From: an uncultured Pseudobdellovibrionaceae bacterium
GTDB taxonomy: Bacteria > Bdellovibrionota > Bdellovibrionia > Bdellovibrionales > UBA1609
Assembly (NCBI GenBank): GCA_963803705.1
Contig: CAWDNU010000004.1
Coordinates: 1-64,000, forward strand
DNA length: 64,000 bases
Direction: 5' to 3'
How positions within the stretch are numbered: position 1 is the stretch's first letter; every line of letters begins with the position of its first letter. Under the pieces are notes generated by a model. It was not told where the DNA came from. It searched no databases and saw nothing but the letters and a program-made list of their open reading frames with translations. The position numbers were made by a program, and so were the translations under genes. This document shows positions 21,036 through 31,738 of the stretch, piece after piece.

Positions 21036-22470
21036 GCTCGCCTCTTAATGTTTGCGGAAATGCTTTGTAGACTTTAACATTCACAGTCTTACCAATTAAA
21101 TCCGAGTTTCCAATAAAATGCATGACTTTATTCCTAGTTGTTCTGCCAGTTAACACTCGTGTGGAGTTATCATATTTTTCCACTAACACTTCAAAAGTTT
21201 GTCCTTCGTCTTTATAGCAATTATCAAAGAGCATTTTATTGTGTTTATCGAACAGTCGTTGTAGACGTTCAGATTTTTGAGTTTCAGTTAATTGATCCTG
21301 CCATTTTGCAGCTTTTGTAAATGGCCTTGGACTGTACTTAAACGCGTATATGCTATCAAAGTAAACTTCATCCAGCAGTGACAGGGTTTCTTCAAATTGC
21401 TTTTCAGATTCACCAGGAAAGCCAACTATAATATCTGTTGAAAATGAAACGCCTGGAACATATTTAAAAATTTTTTTCGCTTTTTCAATATAATGCTCGC
21501 GAGTGTAACCGCGATTCATGCGTTCTAAAACTTCAGAGTTTCCAGATTGAACAGGTAGATGGATATAATCACAAATTTTGTCCCTGAAATCAGCATGAAT
21601 TTCCATCAGTTCTTCTGTGAAGTCTTTGGGATGACTAGTCGTGTACCTAATACGTTTAATATCAGTATTCTGCGCCACACCTTTTAATAGACCCGAAAAA
21701 TTTACACCACATTCTGAACTGTAAGAATTTACATTTTGCCCAAGCAAAGTAATTTCTTTAACTCCTCTTTGGGTCAAAGTATTTATATCGTTAAGCAAGT
21801 CCTGATAGGGCCGGCTTCGCTCACGTCCCCTTGTGAAGGGCACCACACAAAAAGTACAGAAGTTGTCGCACCCTTTCGTTATATTTATAAAGCTAGAGAC
21901 TCCGGGCGCTCGGTTCAGAGTTTCGATGTGGTAGGGTTTCGAATGCTCAAACTGAGCGGCAAAGTAGCGATCATTGTTCTCATAGACGTTAGAAACTAAA
22001 CCCGGAAGGCTATCTATTGCATCTGTACCAAAGACAAAATCTAACACTGGTATATCTTTTAACAATTGATCTTTTTCTTGCTGAGCAACACAGCCACCGA
22101 CGCCAATCCGAAGATTAGGATTTAGTTGTTTAAGCTTTCTGTAGCGGCCCACTTCTGAATGCACTTTGTGAACAGGTTTTTCACGAACACTGCAAGAATT
22201 TATTATAATTAGATCTGCATCATCAACTGCGTTAGCAGGAGCAAAATTCATCATCTCTAGGATAGATGCCATTCGTTCAGAATCATTATCGTTCATCTGG
22301 CAGCCGTAGGTAGAAATGTGATATTTGAGGTTCTGTTCTAAAGCCAGAGCCCCTAAAGATTTGCTTGAATTGCTATTAACCTCGGTCGCATTTTTGTATT
22401 TAACAATCATACTTTTTTTGGCGATGCCTTTTTTAGCTTCAGGTGCGCTTTTAACAGATAAATTGTTCAC
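21028..22470 (-). CDS. miaB: tRNA-i6A37 methylthiotransferase
   Basis: TYGCQMN, NSCSVRE, GCDNFCTFCVVP radical-SAM motif and C-terminal TRAM domain. Confidence 0.97.
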   Translation of the reverse strand: MNNLSVKSAPEAKKGIAKKSMIVKYKNATEVNSNSSKSLGALALEQNLKYHISTYGCQMNDNDSERMASILEMMNFAPANAVDDADLIIINSCSVREKPVHKVHSEVGRYRKLKQLNPNLRIGVGGCVAQQEKDQLLKDIPVLDFVFGTDAIDSLPGLVSNVYENNDRYFAAQFEHSKPYHIETLNRAPGVSSFINITKGCDNFCTFCVVPFTRGRERSRPYQDLLNDINTLTQRGVKEITLLGQNVNSYSSECGVNFSGLLKGVAQNTDIKRIRYTTSHPKDFTEELMEIHADFRDKICDYIHLPVQSGNSEVLERMNRGYTREHYIEKAKKIFKYVPGVSFSTDIIVGFPGESEKQFEETLSLLDEVYFDSIYAFKYSPRPFTKAAKWQDQLTETQKSERLQRLFDKHNKMLFDNCYKDEGQTFEVLVEKYDNSTRVLTGRTTRNKVMHFIGNSDLIGKTVNVKVYKAFPQTLRGELV

Positions 22471-22611
22471 TAAAATGTCATATAATTAAGACAAGCATTG
22501 GGTCAACCTTCATGCTAAACGGACTGCTAAACTAAACTTGTGATAAATGAGCTATTAGTCTAAAACTAGAACTTATGCAGTAGGAACGGCTATTTTTTTT
22601 GATCACAACCT

Positions 22612-23220
22612 ATGCATGTAGACCATAAAGTATTACAGAAAAGGAGCCGAACTATGATTGTACCTCGTCTTAAATCCTCTAAAGCATGGACGGACCTACC
22701 CGAAGACTTTAAAGCTCAAGTAGTTGGGCTTTTTAAAACTCATTTTAAGAAAGAGTCTCAAGCAGGACGATTTGAGGTCTCTGGCAGAATTTATAAAAAT
22801 GAAATCGTGCTGAGGTGCTACTATTTACCTTCTGGTAGTATCGGCCCTGTTCAGTTTGATCTTTCAACGGATTATTCTTCTGAAAAAGAAAAAAAGGCTT
22901 TGAACACATTTGAAAAGCTTATAGATTGCAGCGCAAGCTTATTTCAATCAACCTTTGAAGACGATGATTTTGGTGTTCCAGCACTTTGGACTGAAATTGA
23001 TTTTGACGGGGTGATTATTTATGCAAAGTCAGAAGCTATAAACGATCCCTTAGAAGCCGAAGCCAATAAATTGTTGGGCGCAAATTTTTTGAAGGAACAG
23101 GCCAAATTATTGAATCAAGAAAGCTTGATTCAACCTGAAGACGGTTTAATAAAGGGAGATTTAGAATCTGACGACATAGAAAAGGTCGCAGATATATTAA
23201 ATAAAAAGAAAACCCATTAG
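22612..23220 (+). CDS. hypothetical protein (likely start ATG 22654)
   Basis: Long ORF; SD AAGGAG before MIVPRLK. Confidence 0.65.
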   Translation: MHVDHKVLQKRSRTMIVPRLKSSKAWTDLPEDFKAQVVGLFKTHFKKESQAGRFEVSGRIYKNEIVLRCYYLPSGSIGPVQFDLSTDYSSEKEKKALNTFEKLIDCSASLFQSTFEDDDFGVPALWTEIDFDGVIIYAKSEAINDPLEAEANKLLGANFLKEQAKLLNQESLIQPEDGLIKGDLESDDIEKVADILNKKKTH

Positions 23221-23222
23221 GG

Positions 23223-24317
23223 CTATTCGGTGCCCTGCTCTTCAGCTGGGGCGACAGGGTCGGTAACTTCATAATCTTTGGTGCCTAGAAGGTCTTTACG
23301 GATAGAAGTTAAATTTCGTTGAACTGTTTCGTAACAGCCTTCTTTTTGACAGCACGTACTTGCTGCTTTAGGAAATCCACCGAAATAGCTTGGATCGTTA
23401 AATACGTTTAAATTTAGCTCAGGACAAAATGCTACCGCAAAACCAGTTATATCAAGCTTCGTTACAACCCCAGCGTCACTAATTTGAGCCAAGCAGCTTG
23501 AACTCTCTGCAACGCCTGGCTGACCATACTTATAAGTGTAACCGCCCGTTGCTTCTTTAATCAGGTATTTAGCTTCACTTCTTGGGGTCCGAAGCTTGCC
23601 GTCTGTAACTACAGCAAATTCGACAACTTTCGATAAGCGATTGTTTTCACATAAAAAATTGTAAGAAGTTAGATTTACCGCCTGTCCTCTCGATCTTACT
23701 CTTCTAGCTTGATCAGCCTCATTTCTATAAGCGCGAAGTAAGGATGTTTCTATAGTAGCCTCGGACTCAAAACCATTCAGATACTCGGGACTAGATGCTG
23801 AAGTAAATATAGCAGCTATAGCGGCTGCTTGATTCGTTAGAAAGTTACCCGGGTTGATGTCGTTCTGGGCGTAAGCTGAATTAAAAAATAAGTCGAGTGA
23901 ACTGTTTTTACTAGAGCCCAATGCCTTAGAAACCTCAAAAACGTAATCGCTGTAACTTTTATCAGAAGCGAGTCTGATAGTTTTTTTATTTAAGACTAGT
24001 TTTTTATTCTTAAACTTTGAAAAATCAATTACAATTCGATTTTTATTTTTGTCGATCATAAATATCTGACTTAAATAAACTTTGTAAGTCACCTGCGGAA
24101 CAGAAATTTTATTTTGCTTAATGGCTTTATCAATTTGATCAAAGTGAGCGCTGGTTAAATTCAGATACAGTAACATGTCTTTAGGTTTCTTTATTTTAAC
24201 CAGCCGATTTGCGAAGTGATTAGCCCATAAAGAGCTTGGATCAAATTTTTTACTAGCTTTGGCAAAAGCACTTTGGCTTAAAAACACAAACGAAAAGATA
24301 AGAATTAAAAACTTCAT
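23223..24317 (-). CDS. hypothetical secreted protein with Cys-containing C-terminus
   Basis: Signal peptide MKFLILIFSFVFLSQSAFA from ATG 24317. Confidence 0.7.
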   Translation of the reverse strand: MKFLILIFSFVFLSQSAFAKASKKFDPSSLWANHFANRLVKIKKPKDMLLYLNLTSAHFDQIDKAIKQNKISVPQVTYKVYLSQIFMIDKNKNRIVIDFSKFKNKKLVLNKKTIRLASDKSYSDYVFEVSKALGSSKNSSLDLFFNSAYAQNDINPGNFLTNQAAAIAAIFTSASSPEYLNGFESEATIETSLLRAYRNEADQARRVRSRGQAVNLTSYNFLCENNRLSKVVEFAVVTDGKLRTPRSEAKYLIKEATGGYTYKYGQPGVAESSSCLAQISDAGVVTKLDITGFAVAFCPELNLNVFNDPSYFGGFPKAASTCCQKEGCYETVQRNLTSIRKDLLGTKDYEVTDPVAPAEEQGTE

Positions 24318-24464
24318 ACTTCTTAGTGTTTCATACCTAAGCCAGACCTCAAAACAAACTTTTTGGCATAGGTAATCTAAGCACACCTGGGGGCCTAAAT
24401 CTAGACCTTTTGATTAGGTCCGGACCACAACTTTAGGGCTTCAACTCTTTTCTTCAACGATCTA

Positions 24465-24715
24465 TTACTTAAGTCATTTCTTTAAATAAAGTGTGATTAA
24501 CTTTCTTCTTCATTTGAGAAAAGAACATTATCTTTATTCTTTAAATACATCACCTCCAAAAACTCAGTCATACGTTTTTAGCGTGCCAGCTTCGCTGACC
24601 ACTAAAATCCGAGCTCGCTGTTGGAGGTGATGTATTTAAAGAATAAAGATAATGTTCTTTTCTCAAATGAAGAAGAAAGTTAATCACACTTTATTTAAAG
24701 AAATGACTTAAGTAA
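24465..24715. repeat. giant intergenic palindrome 3: 95-bp perfect arms (24465-24559, 24621-24715) around a 61-bp core
   Basis: Arms are exact reverse complements; core is AAACTCAGTCATACG...CAGCTTCGCTG...CCGAGCTCGCTG. Confidence 0.97.
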
Positions 24716-24722
24716 AAAAAAC

Positions 24723-25679
24723 CTAATAGTCATCATCTTTTGAGAGCTTGTTACCGGAAACCCCTTGAACTTCTTGCTCTATGTAATCGTCTTCATCGTC
24801 GTCAGAAATAGAATTATCTGAATCATCAATTTCTAACTCATGGACGACAGACAAAAAGTCTTTCTCAGATTTTAGATCGTTTTTTAACATGTCGATGTAT
24901 TTATCTGGGTATTTTGCGGTTAACTCGTGGATGTACTTTTCAAGCTTTCCTTCAGATAAGATCTTTTTCTTTAACTGAATTCGTTTCCAATTCAGTAGGT
25001 AATGATAACGGCAGTATCCTTCTACGGTAGAGACTTCGTCACAACCTGAAAATTTACAAAGAACTCGACCTTCTGCATCTGTTAATAAAATTTCAGATGC
25101 AGCTGAAATTTTCTTTTCAGCAAACTCTTGGGTCAACTCGGCGATATTTTTTTGCGAAGCCTTAGCTTGGGCGGCTTCCGCAGTCTTAGATAATTTCTTT
25201 TTTACTGGAGCCATTTCTGCTTTAGCAGAAGAAGCTTTCTTTTCAGTTTTGATGGAAGTATTCTTTTCAACTTCTTTTGATGCCGCTGGTTTTTTGGTAG
25301 ACTTTAGTTTGTCAGTTATTTTCTTAAGAAAACTTTTTTTAGCTTTTGGGATTTTAACGGCTTTTTTATTTGCTTTTTTCTTGGCAACTTTTGTACCTAA
25401 TTTAGACTTTGTCGTACTCTTTTTTTTACTTATCGCTTTTTTACCCACAGCCTTTTTACTTGCTGCTTTCTTTGTAACTTTTTTCTTTTTCGCGGCTACT
25501 TTTTTAACAATCTTTTTACCACTTCTTTTACCGACTACTTTTTTAGCTAACTTTTTCTTTGTGCTTACTTTTTTAGCAGCTACTTTTGCTTTTTTCTTAG
25601 ATTTTGCTTTCGATTTAGCATCCGACTTTTTGCTAGTCGTTTTTTTCTTTGATGTTGATTTCTTACCTTTGACTGCCAT
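24723..25679 (-). CDS. Lys/Ala-rich histone H1-like protein with a C-terminal Cys/His domain and acidic tail
   Basis: About 170 aa of K/A/S/T-rich repeats, then CKFSGC...YCRYH, then a DDDEDD tail. Confidence 0.7.
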   Translation of the reverse strand: MAVKGKKSTSKKKTTSKKSDAKSKAKSKKKAKVAAKKVSTKKKLAKKVVGKRSGKKIVKKVAAKKKKVTKKAASKKAVGKKAISKKKSTTKSKLGTKVAKKKANKKAVKIPKAKKSFLKKITDKLKSTKKPAASKEVEKNTSIKTEKKASSAKAEMAPVKKKLSKTAEAAQAKASQKNIAELTQEFAEKKISAASEILLTDAEGRVLCKFSGCDEVSTVEGYCRYHYLLNWKRIQLKKKILSEGKLEKYIHELTAKYPDKYIDMLKNDLKSEKDFLSVVHELEIDDSDNSISDDDEDDYIEQEVQGVSGNKLSKDDDY

Positions 25680-25963
25680 CTTACCCTCGAAAAAGTGAAT
25701 ATTTATAATTTTCTTTACACGAATTTGAATGATACGTGTCAGAGAGTCAAGTCTGCTGAAAAATTATGAGTATAAACTACCTTTTTAGCAAAGTGTTATC
25801 AGGTGTTTTTTAAATTAAAATCTTTTATAAAGGTCAAGGTTGATCTTAACTTTAGTTCACTAGCATTTAACTTAACAGCAAAGCTTCAGGACAAGCGTGA
25901 AACTCTTGGGCACTAAAACCCTTTAAGTTGAACCGTAAAGCCAAGGGCGTAAAAGGAGACTTT

Positions 25964-27139
25964 ATGTCTAACACTCTGATATTTTCTGCAAATAGAACTC
26001 CGGTCGGTGCATTCAATGGCGCTTTGTCTTCGGTCCCTGCGACTGAACTTGGAGCCGTGGTTATTAAAGAAGCAATTTTAAAATCTGGTTTTGATGTAAG
26101 TAGTGTTGACGAATGCATCATGGGTCAAGTTTTAACAGCTGGCGCAGGACAAGCTCCATCAAGACAATCTTGGATTAAATCAGGTGGACCTGTGTCTACC
26201 AGGTGTCTGACGATCAATAAAGTTTGTGGCTCGGGCCTAAAGGCAGTAATGCTTGCAGATGATGCTTTAAAATTAACGCGAGCCCGAATTGTGGTTTGTG
26301 GCGGCCAAGAGTCCATGAGCCAGGCTCCCTATTTACAATCTGGGGCTCGCCTGGGTTTTAGAATGGGAAACCAAGTGTTAGAGGATTCGATGATTAAAGA
26401 TGGACTATGGGACCCCTATAATAATTGGCATATGGGGAATGCCGCTGAGCTTTGCGTTCAAGAGTATAAAGCCAGTAGACAAGAGCAAGACGAATTTGCA
26501 ATTGAAAGCTATAAAAAAGCTCAGCATGCTCAATCTAAAAAATGGTTTGATTCAGAATTAGTAAAAGTCGAAATTAAAACAAGAAAAGGCATCAACATGG
26601 TGGATGAAGACGAAGAGCCGGGCAAAGCCCAGTTTGCTAAAATGCCAGAACTTAGACCTGCCTTTGACAAAAATGGCACGGTGACTGCCGCTAATGCCAG
26701 TAAGCTAAACGATGGTGCAGCGGCCTTGGTCTTGGCATCCGAGGACATGAGTTCTGATACAAGCATTAAACCAATAGCAAGAATTGTTGCCCAAGCATCT
26801 TTTGCTCAGGATCCGAAATGGTTCACCACCGCACCGGTAGGCGCTATAAAAAAAGTCTTAGAACTTTGCAAAATGGCTGTTGAAGATATTGATTTGTGGG
26901 AGATTAACGAAGCTTTTTCTGTAGTGACCATGGCAGCCCAAAAAGATCTAAAAATTAAAAGTGACCGAGTAAATGTGAACGGTGGAGCTGTCGCAATTGG
27001 GCACCCCATTGGGGCTAGCGGCGCTAGAATTCTTACAACTCTTATTCATGGGCTGCACACACATAACAAGCAATTTGGACTAGCTACATTGTGTATAGGC
27101 GGCGGTGAAGCAGTGGCCGTTGTTGTTGAGCGAGTTTGA
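25964..27139 (+). CDS. acetyl-CoA C-acetyltransferase (thiolase)
   Basis: [20 protein letters not shown] and LCIGGG motifs; SD AAGGAG before ATG 25964. Confidence 0.96.
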   Translation: MSNTLIFSANRTPVGAFNGALSSVPATELGAVVIKEAILKSGFDVSSVDECIMGQVLTAGAGQAPSRQSWIKSGGPVSTRCLTINKVCGSGLKAVMLADDALKLTRARIVVCGGQESMSQAPYLQSGARLGFRMGNQVLEDSMIKDGLWDPYNNWHMGNAAELCVQEYKASRQEQDEFAIESYKKAQHAQSKKWFDSELVKVEIKTRKGINMVDEDEEPGKAQFAKMPELRPAFDKNGTVTAANASKLNDGAAALVLASEDMSSDTSIKPIARIVAQASFAQDPKWFTTAPVGAIKKVLELCKMAVEDIDLWEINEAFSVVTMAAQKDLKIKSDRVNVNGGAVAIGHPIGASGARILTTLIHGLHTHNKQFGLATLCIGGGEAVAVVVERV

Positions 27140-27140
27140 T

Positions 27141-27836
27141 ATGTCAAAAAAAGTCTTTAAATCTGCTGAAGAAGCGATAGAGGGAATAAAGGATTCGATG
27201 ACTCTGCTTGTAGGTGGCTTCGGCCTTTGCGGCATACCAGAAAACTTAATTTCAGCCTTGCAAAAAAGTGGTGTCAAAAATTTAACCTGTATTTCAAATA
27301 ATGCAGGCGTTGACGATTTTGGCTTAGGGCTTTTGCTTCAAACTCGCCAGATTAAAAAAATGATTTCAAGCTATGTGGGCGAAAACAAATTATTTGCTGA
27401 GCAATTCCTAAGTGGTCAACTGGAAGTTGAACTTACGCCTCAAGGAACTTTAGCTGAAAAGATAAGGGCCGGGGGCGCTGGTATTCCAGGTTTTTATACG
27501 GCAACAGGAGTTGGCACTGATGTGGCTATAGGAAAAGAAATTAAAAAGTTCGGTGATCAAGAGTTTCTTTTAGAACATTCTATCACAGGGGATTTTGCAC
27601 TGATTAAGGCTTGGAAGGCTGACACCTATGGCAATCTTATCTTCAGAAAAACAGCTGCGAATTTTAACCCTATGATGGCAACAGCCGGTCGAATCACAGT
27701 GGTCGAAGTTGAACAAATCGTTGAACTGGGTGAACTTGACCCTGATCAAATTCATACTCCAGGTATTTACGTGCAAAGAATTTTTAAAGGTCAAAGCTTT
27801 GAAAAGCGTATTGAGCAGATAACTGTACAAGATTAA
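27141..27836 (+). CDS. scoA: 3-oxoacid CoA-transferase subunit A
   Basis: [17 protein letters not shown] and PQGTLAE motifs. Confidence 0.93.
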   Translation: MSKKVFKSAEEAIEGIKDSMTLLVGGFGLCGIPENLISALQKSGVKNLTCISNNAGVDDFGLGLLLQTRQIKKMISSYVGENKLFAEQFLSGQLEVELTPQGTLAEKIRAGGAGIPGFYTATGVGTDVAIGKEIKKFGDQEFLLEHSITGDFALIKAWKADTYGNLIFRKTAANFNPMMATAGRITVVEVEQIVELGELDPDQIHTPGIYVQRIFKGQSFEKRIEQITVQD

Positions 27837-27860
27837 GATTTTAAAAAAAGAGAGCCGATT

Positions 27861-28517
27861 ATGAACAGCGAAAAAGACATTTCAGAATTGGGTTGGACCC
27901 GTGAAGAGATGGCCAAAAAGATTGCGGACACAGAGATTAAAGATCAAATGGCTGTTAATTTGGGTATAGGAATTCCAACTCTTGTTTCAAACTACATTCC
28001 AGGTGGTATGCAGGTTATGTTCCAAAGTGAAAATGGCCTTTTGGGTATGGGTCCTTTTCCAAAAAAAGATAATGTTGATCCTGATCTAATCAATGCCGGA
28101 AAACAAACAGTTACTGCAGTTTTAGGTGCAAGCTTCTTTTCGTCAGCTGACAGCTTTGCTATGATTCGCGGCGGCCATGTGGACCTGACTGTGTTAGGCG
28201 CCATGGAAGTCGACCAGCAGGCGAATATCGCAAACTGGATGATCCCCGGAAAGATGGTAAAGGGTATGGGCGGCGCCATGGACTTAGTTGCTTCTGCCAG
28301 GCGAGTGGTGGTTGTTATGCAACATACAGACAAAAATGGTCAGTCAAAACTTTTGAAGAAATGTAGACTGCCATTAACAGGACAAAAATGTGTTCACAAA
28401 GTTGTAACAAATTTAGGTGTATTTGAATTTACTGATAGTAAGTTAAAAGTCGTCGAGCGCGCAGATGGTGTTTCACTGGATATAATTAAAAAATACACTG
28501 AAGCGGATTTAGTTTGA
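27861..28517 (+). CDS. scoB: 3-oxoacid CoA-transferase subunit B
   Basis: NLGIGIP, catalytic QSENG and GMGGAMDL motifs. Confidence 0.93.
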   Translation: MNSEKDISELGWTREEMAKKIADTEIKDQMAVNLGIGIPTLVSNYIPGGMQVMFQSENGLLGMGPFPKKDNVDPDLINAGKQTVTAVLGASFFSSADSFAMIRGGHVDLTVLGAMEVDQQANIANWMIPGKMVKGMGGAMDLVASARRVVVVMQHTDKNGQSKLLKKCRLPLTGQKCVHKVVTNLGVFEFTDSKLKVVERADGVSLDIIKKYTEADLV

Positions 28518-28705
28518 ATTTGAAGCTTCTACAATTTTAAATGTAGAAGATCCTGGTGAATTTTGGTCATTTAAACGCACTAAGAAACCAGAATAGTTTG
28601 CATCTGAAAAATTAGGTACCGAAGAAATTTGTCGTTTGTAATTCAGACTTGGATCATCAAGTCCAAAGTCTTCACAACGAACATAAACAGTAACTGCGTC
28701 AGGGA

Positions 28706-30505
28706 TTACATTTTTTCTGGAGTTTGAATGTTAAGGACGCTTAATCCAGCTTTTAGCACCTTTAGAGTATGAAAAGTCAGTAAAACCCTGTTCTTGGTAA
28801 GCTCAGGATTTTCGATGTCTAGGATGCGGTGTTTGTTATAAAAAGAATTAAACTCTTTAGCTAAGTCCAACAAATAGTTAGCTACCACATTGGGCTTAAA
28901 TTTTTCAAAGGCCTGCTCAAGAGCGTGTTCATAGCTTAATAAAATGCAGATCAAATCTGTTTCTTCTTTGAAGTTTGGAAAAACAATTAAATTAGAATCA
29001 AGATTTTTAATATCTTTCGTCGAATCTGCGTAATTGGCTGGGATTTTTTCGGTGGCACTAAATAGCTTTTCAAATTTTTCCATGACGCTGTAGCATCGCA
29101 CGCATGTGTACTGGATATACGGACCGCTATCACCTTCAAAGTCCAGAATTTTATTCCAATCAAAATCAACATCCTTAACACGGTCATTGACAAGGTCGTT
29201 AAAAATCACAGCACCGACACCCACTTGCTCGGCTACCTGTTCTTTATTAGGTAGATCAGGATTTTTAACTTCAATAATATCTTTTACCATTTCAACTGAT
29301 TTATTCAAAACGTCTTCTAAAAAAATAGCTCGGCCTTTCCGGGTAGACATTTTACCTTGATCTTTAAATCTGTACATTCCAAACGAAATATGATGACAAT
29401 TTTTCGACCAGTCGAAGCCCATTAAGTCCAAAGCTCTAAAGACCTGCTTAAAATGCAGAGTCTGATCCACGCCGACTACGTAAAGATTTAAATCAGCTTT
29501 AAGCACATCATGCCTGTAAATTGCGCTAGCAATATCCCTGGTTGCATAAAGCGAAGCTCCATCACTCTTTTTTATCAAGCACGGTGGCATATCTTCACCC
29601 ACATTTACAACAAAGGCTCCTTGGCTTTCTTCTAATAAACCTTTGTCTTCGATAAATTTAGTGGTTTTATCTAACTGGTCTGAATAAAATGATTCCCCTT
29701 TCACAAGATCATGTTTAACTCCTAAGCGATCCCAAAGCCTTTGGTATTCTTTCATAGATATCTGAACGAACATTTTCCAAATAGCTACAATCTCAGGGTC
29801 ACCTTTTTCTAAACGTATGAAAGTTTTAGCTCCTTGCTCATTTAACTCTGGATCTTTCTCGGCTTCGTCATGAAATCTAACATACATATCAAATAGCGAT
29901 TTAAAAGGACTATTTTGAAAGTCATAATCTGTTTTCCACTTTACATAGGCCCAAGCTAACTTTCCAAATTGAACTCCCCAGTCGCCCAAATGATTTAGGC
30001 CGACGACATTATAACCCTGGGTCTCAGCTAAATTTTTTATGGCTTGGCCTATCACTGTGGCACGTAAGTGTCCGACGTTCATAGGTTTAGCCACATTAGG
30101 AGATGAGTAATCAATGACAAGCTTCTGATTTTTTTTCTCGATCACGTGACCAATTTGCGGCGAGGACATTAATCTTATTAAAGACTCTGTTAAAAAATTG
30201 GGTTTAAGCTGAAAGTTTACAAATCCGGAAACTGAGTTAATATCTTGCACGTAATGCAAAATATTGGCATCTTTTAGTCTTACTAAATTTAAGGACTCTT
30301 TTAAATCTTTTGCAATAACTTGCGGAGATTTTTTCATAACCTTAGCTAACCCAAAAATAGGTAGCGACAGCTGTCCAAAGCTAGTGTCCCTTGGACGTTC
30401 AAGTAGGTTTGAAATATTGAATAACGATTCAGGCGTCTGTTTTAAAAAATCTGTAAGTGCTATCTTCAAGTCATCACTTAATTTCAATTTAATCGCTTTA
30501 TTCAT
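28706..30505 (-). CDS. argS: arginine--tRNA ligase
   Basis: SSPNVAKPMNVGHLR, HLGDWG and KMSTRKG motifs. Confidence 0.97.
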   Translation of the reverse strand: MNKAIKLKLSDDLKIALTDFLKQTPESLFNISNLLERPRDTSFGQLSLPIFGLAKVMKKSPQVIAKDLKESLNLVRLKDANILHYVQDINSVSGFVNFQLKPNFLTESLIRLMSSPQIGHVIEKKNQKLVIDYSSPNVAKPMNVGHLRATVIGQAIKNLAETQGYNVVGLNHLGDWGVQFGKLAWAYVKWKTDYDFQNSPFKSLFDMYVRFHDEAEKDPELNEQGAKTFIRLEKGDPEIVAIWKMFVQISMKEYQRLWDRLGVKHDLVKGESFYSDQLDKTTKFIEDKGLLEESQGAFVVNVGEDMPPCLIKKSDGASLYATRDIASAIYRHDVLKADLNLYVVGVDQTLHFKQVFRALDLMGFDWSKNCHHISFGMYRFKDQGKMSTRKGRAIFLEDVLNKSVEMVKDIIEVKNPDLPNKEQVAEQVGVGAVIFNDLVNDRVKDVDFDWNKILDFEGDSGPYIQYTCVRCYSVMEKFEKLFSATEKIPANYADSTKDIKNLDSNLIVFPNFKEETDLICILLSYEHALEQAFEKFKPNVVANYLLDLAKEFNSFYNKHRILDIENPELTKNRVLLTFHTLKVLKAGLSVLNIQTPEKM

Positions 30506-30646
30506 CTCTATGCACTACCCTACTTCTGTTAACGTTCCAAATTATTTTTTTTCCAAAGCCAAAGGCCGAAGGTTAATATTAATATGCAAGTGTGTGGCGA
30601 CAAAAAAATTATTTAGAACTTCACCAAAACCAAAGCTGTTCCAAAA

Positions 30647-31738
30647 CTAAAGGGAACTGTCTAGCTGACTTTTATTAATTAACTTTGGTTCAGCCACTAT
30701 AAACTCTTTTTGTAGCCTTTGATCCTGGATTTCGACTACTAATTTGTAGCTGCCGGGTGATAACTTGTAGGCATACATGGGTATTCTCATTCGACCAGTG
30801 CCCTTAGATGTCAGTAGAATTCCTGCTTTACCGGCTTTGGTTCTAATTTGAACATTGCTCAAGTTAAAGACTCGAATCTTTATTTGCTCAGTTTTTTTTA
30901 GATCAGTTCTAGCATACATGTACTCAGGCAACTCATTTAAGTAATCTTCAACGACAAAATAACTCATATTATAGTCTATTAAATTTTCGGTGTTTAAAAC
31001 TTTATAAATTCTGTAGGCGGAAATTGAAATCAAAGCAAAAACACCAAACCACAGAAAAACTTTAGTGGGGGATTTGAACTTGTTTTTAATTTTAGGCTCT
31101 TCAGACTCAAAACCAATATCTTTGGGGAAATTTTCTGAATTCGCAGTAACCTGGGTTTTTTCTCGATCTAAATCAACTGATACCCTGTCTAAAAAATCAA
31201 GATCTCTGACCTTATCTTGCTCAGTACTATCCCAGGGTTCAAGCATATTCAAAACCCCACCATCTGCTTTTTTTACTTCAGGTTCAGACATAGATAGCGC
31301 TCCCCGATCTTTTAAAGTTTTTTTAAACTTCCACCCCTTGTATTGAAGAGGAAACATTTTATAAGCTATTTCAGATATTTTATTGGGTACATCTGCATAT
31401 GATGTTTTAAATTTGGAATCATGATTTTTTTTAATATTTTTACGTGAACTTTGCTTGTCGTACCTTACAGAAGAAATTTCAATGGGTGGTTTTCGAGACA
31501 AGTAAAATTCTTGCTCAAGGTAAATCTGGACCCAATCTTTAAAACCTTTTTTCCAGCAATAATCAGTAGCTTTAGTTAAGCCCGATCGAAGCTGCTCTTT
31601 GACTTCAGCGACAGAATATGGACCTCGGGTGATCCAATTTTGGTCCGCGCTAAGCTGTAAAAGCACCCAAGGCTTTAACGTTGTTACGCTGTCCTGACTG
31701 TACACTTTTTTTTGCTTTTCACTATTTTTTAACATCAT
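30647..31738 (-). CDS. GYF(DUF4339)-domain membrane protein
   Basis: RGPYS...CWKKGFKDW, one TM helix (FLWFGVFALISI), C-terminal Ig-like segment. Confidence 0.7.
   Translation of the reverse strand: MMLKNSEKQKKVYSQDSVTTLKPWVLLQLSADQNWITRGPYSVAEVKEQLRSGLTKATDYCWKKGFKDWVQIYLEQEFYLSRKPPIEISSVRYDKQSSRKNIKKNHDSKFKTSYADVPNKISEIAYKMFPLQYKGWKFKKTLKDRGALSMSEPEVKKADGGVLNMLEPWDSTEQDKVRDLDFLDRVSVDLDREKTQVTANSENFPKDIGFESEEPKIKNKFKSPTKVFLWFGVFALISISAYRIYKVLNTENLIDYNMSYFVVEDYLNELPEYMYARTDLKKTEQIKIRVFNLSNVQIRTKAGKAGILLTSKGTGRMRIPMYAYKLSPGSYKLVVEIQDQRLQKEFIVAEPKLINKSQLDSSL

Noticed and set aside
24549..24557. ATCACCTCC resembling the 16S rRNA 3' end
   Set aside because: No other rRNA sequence; AT-rich palindrome arm context
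25249..25698. 149-aa hydrophobic plus-strand ORF
   Set aside because: Phe/Leu-rich antisense shadow of the Lys-rich gene
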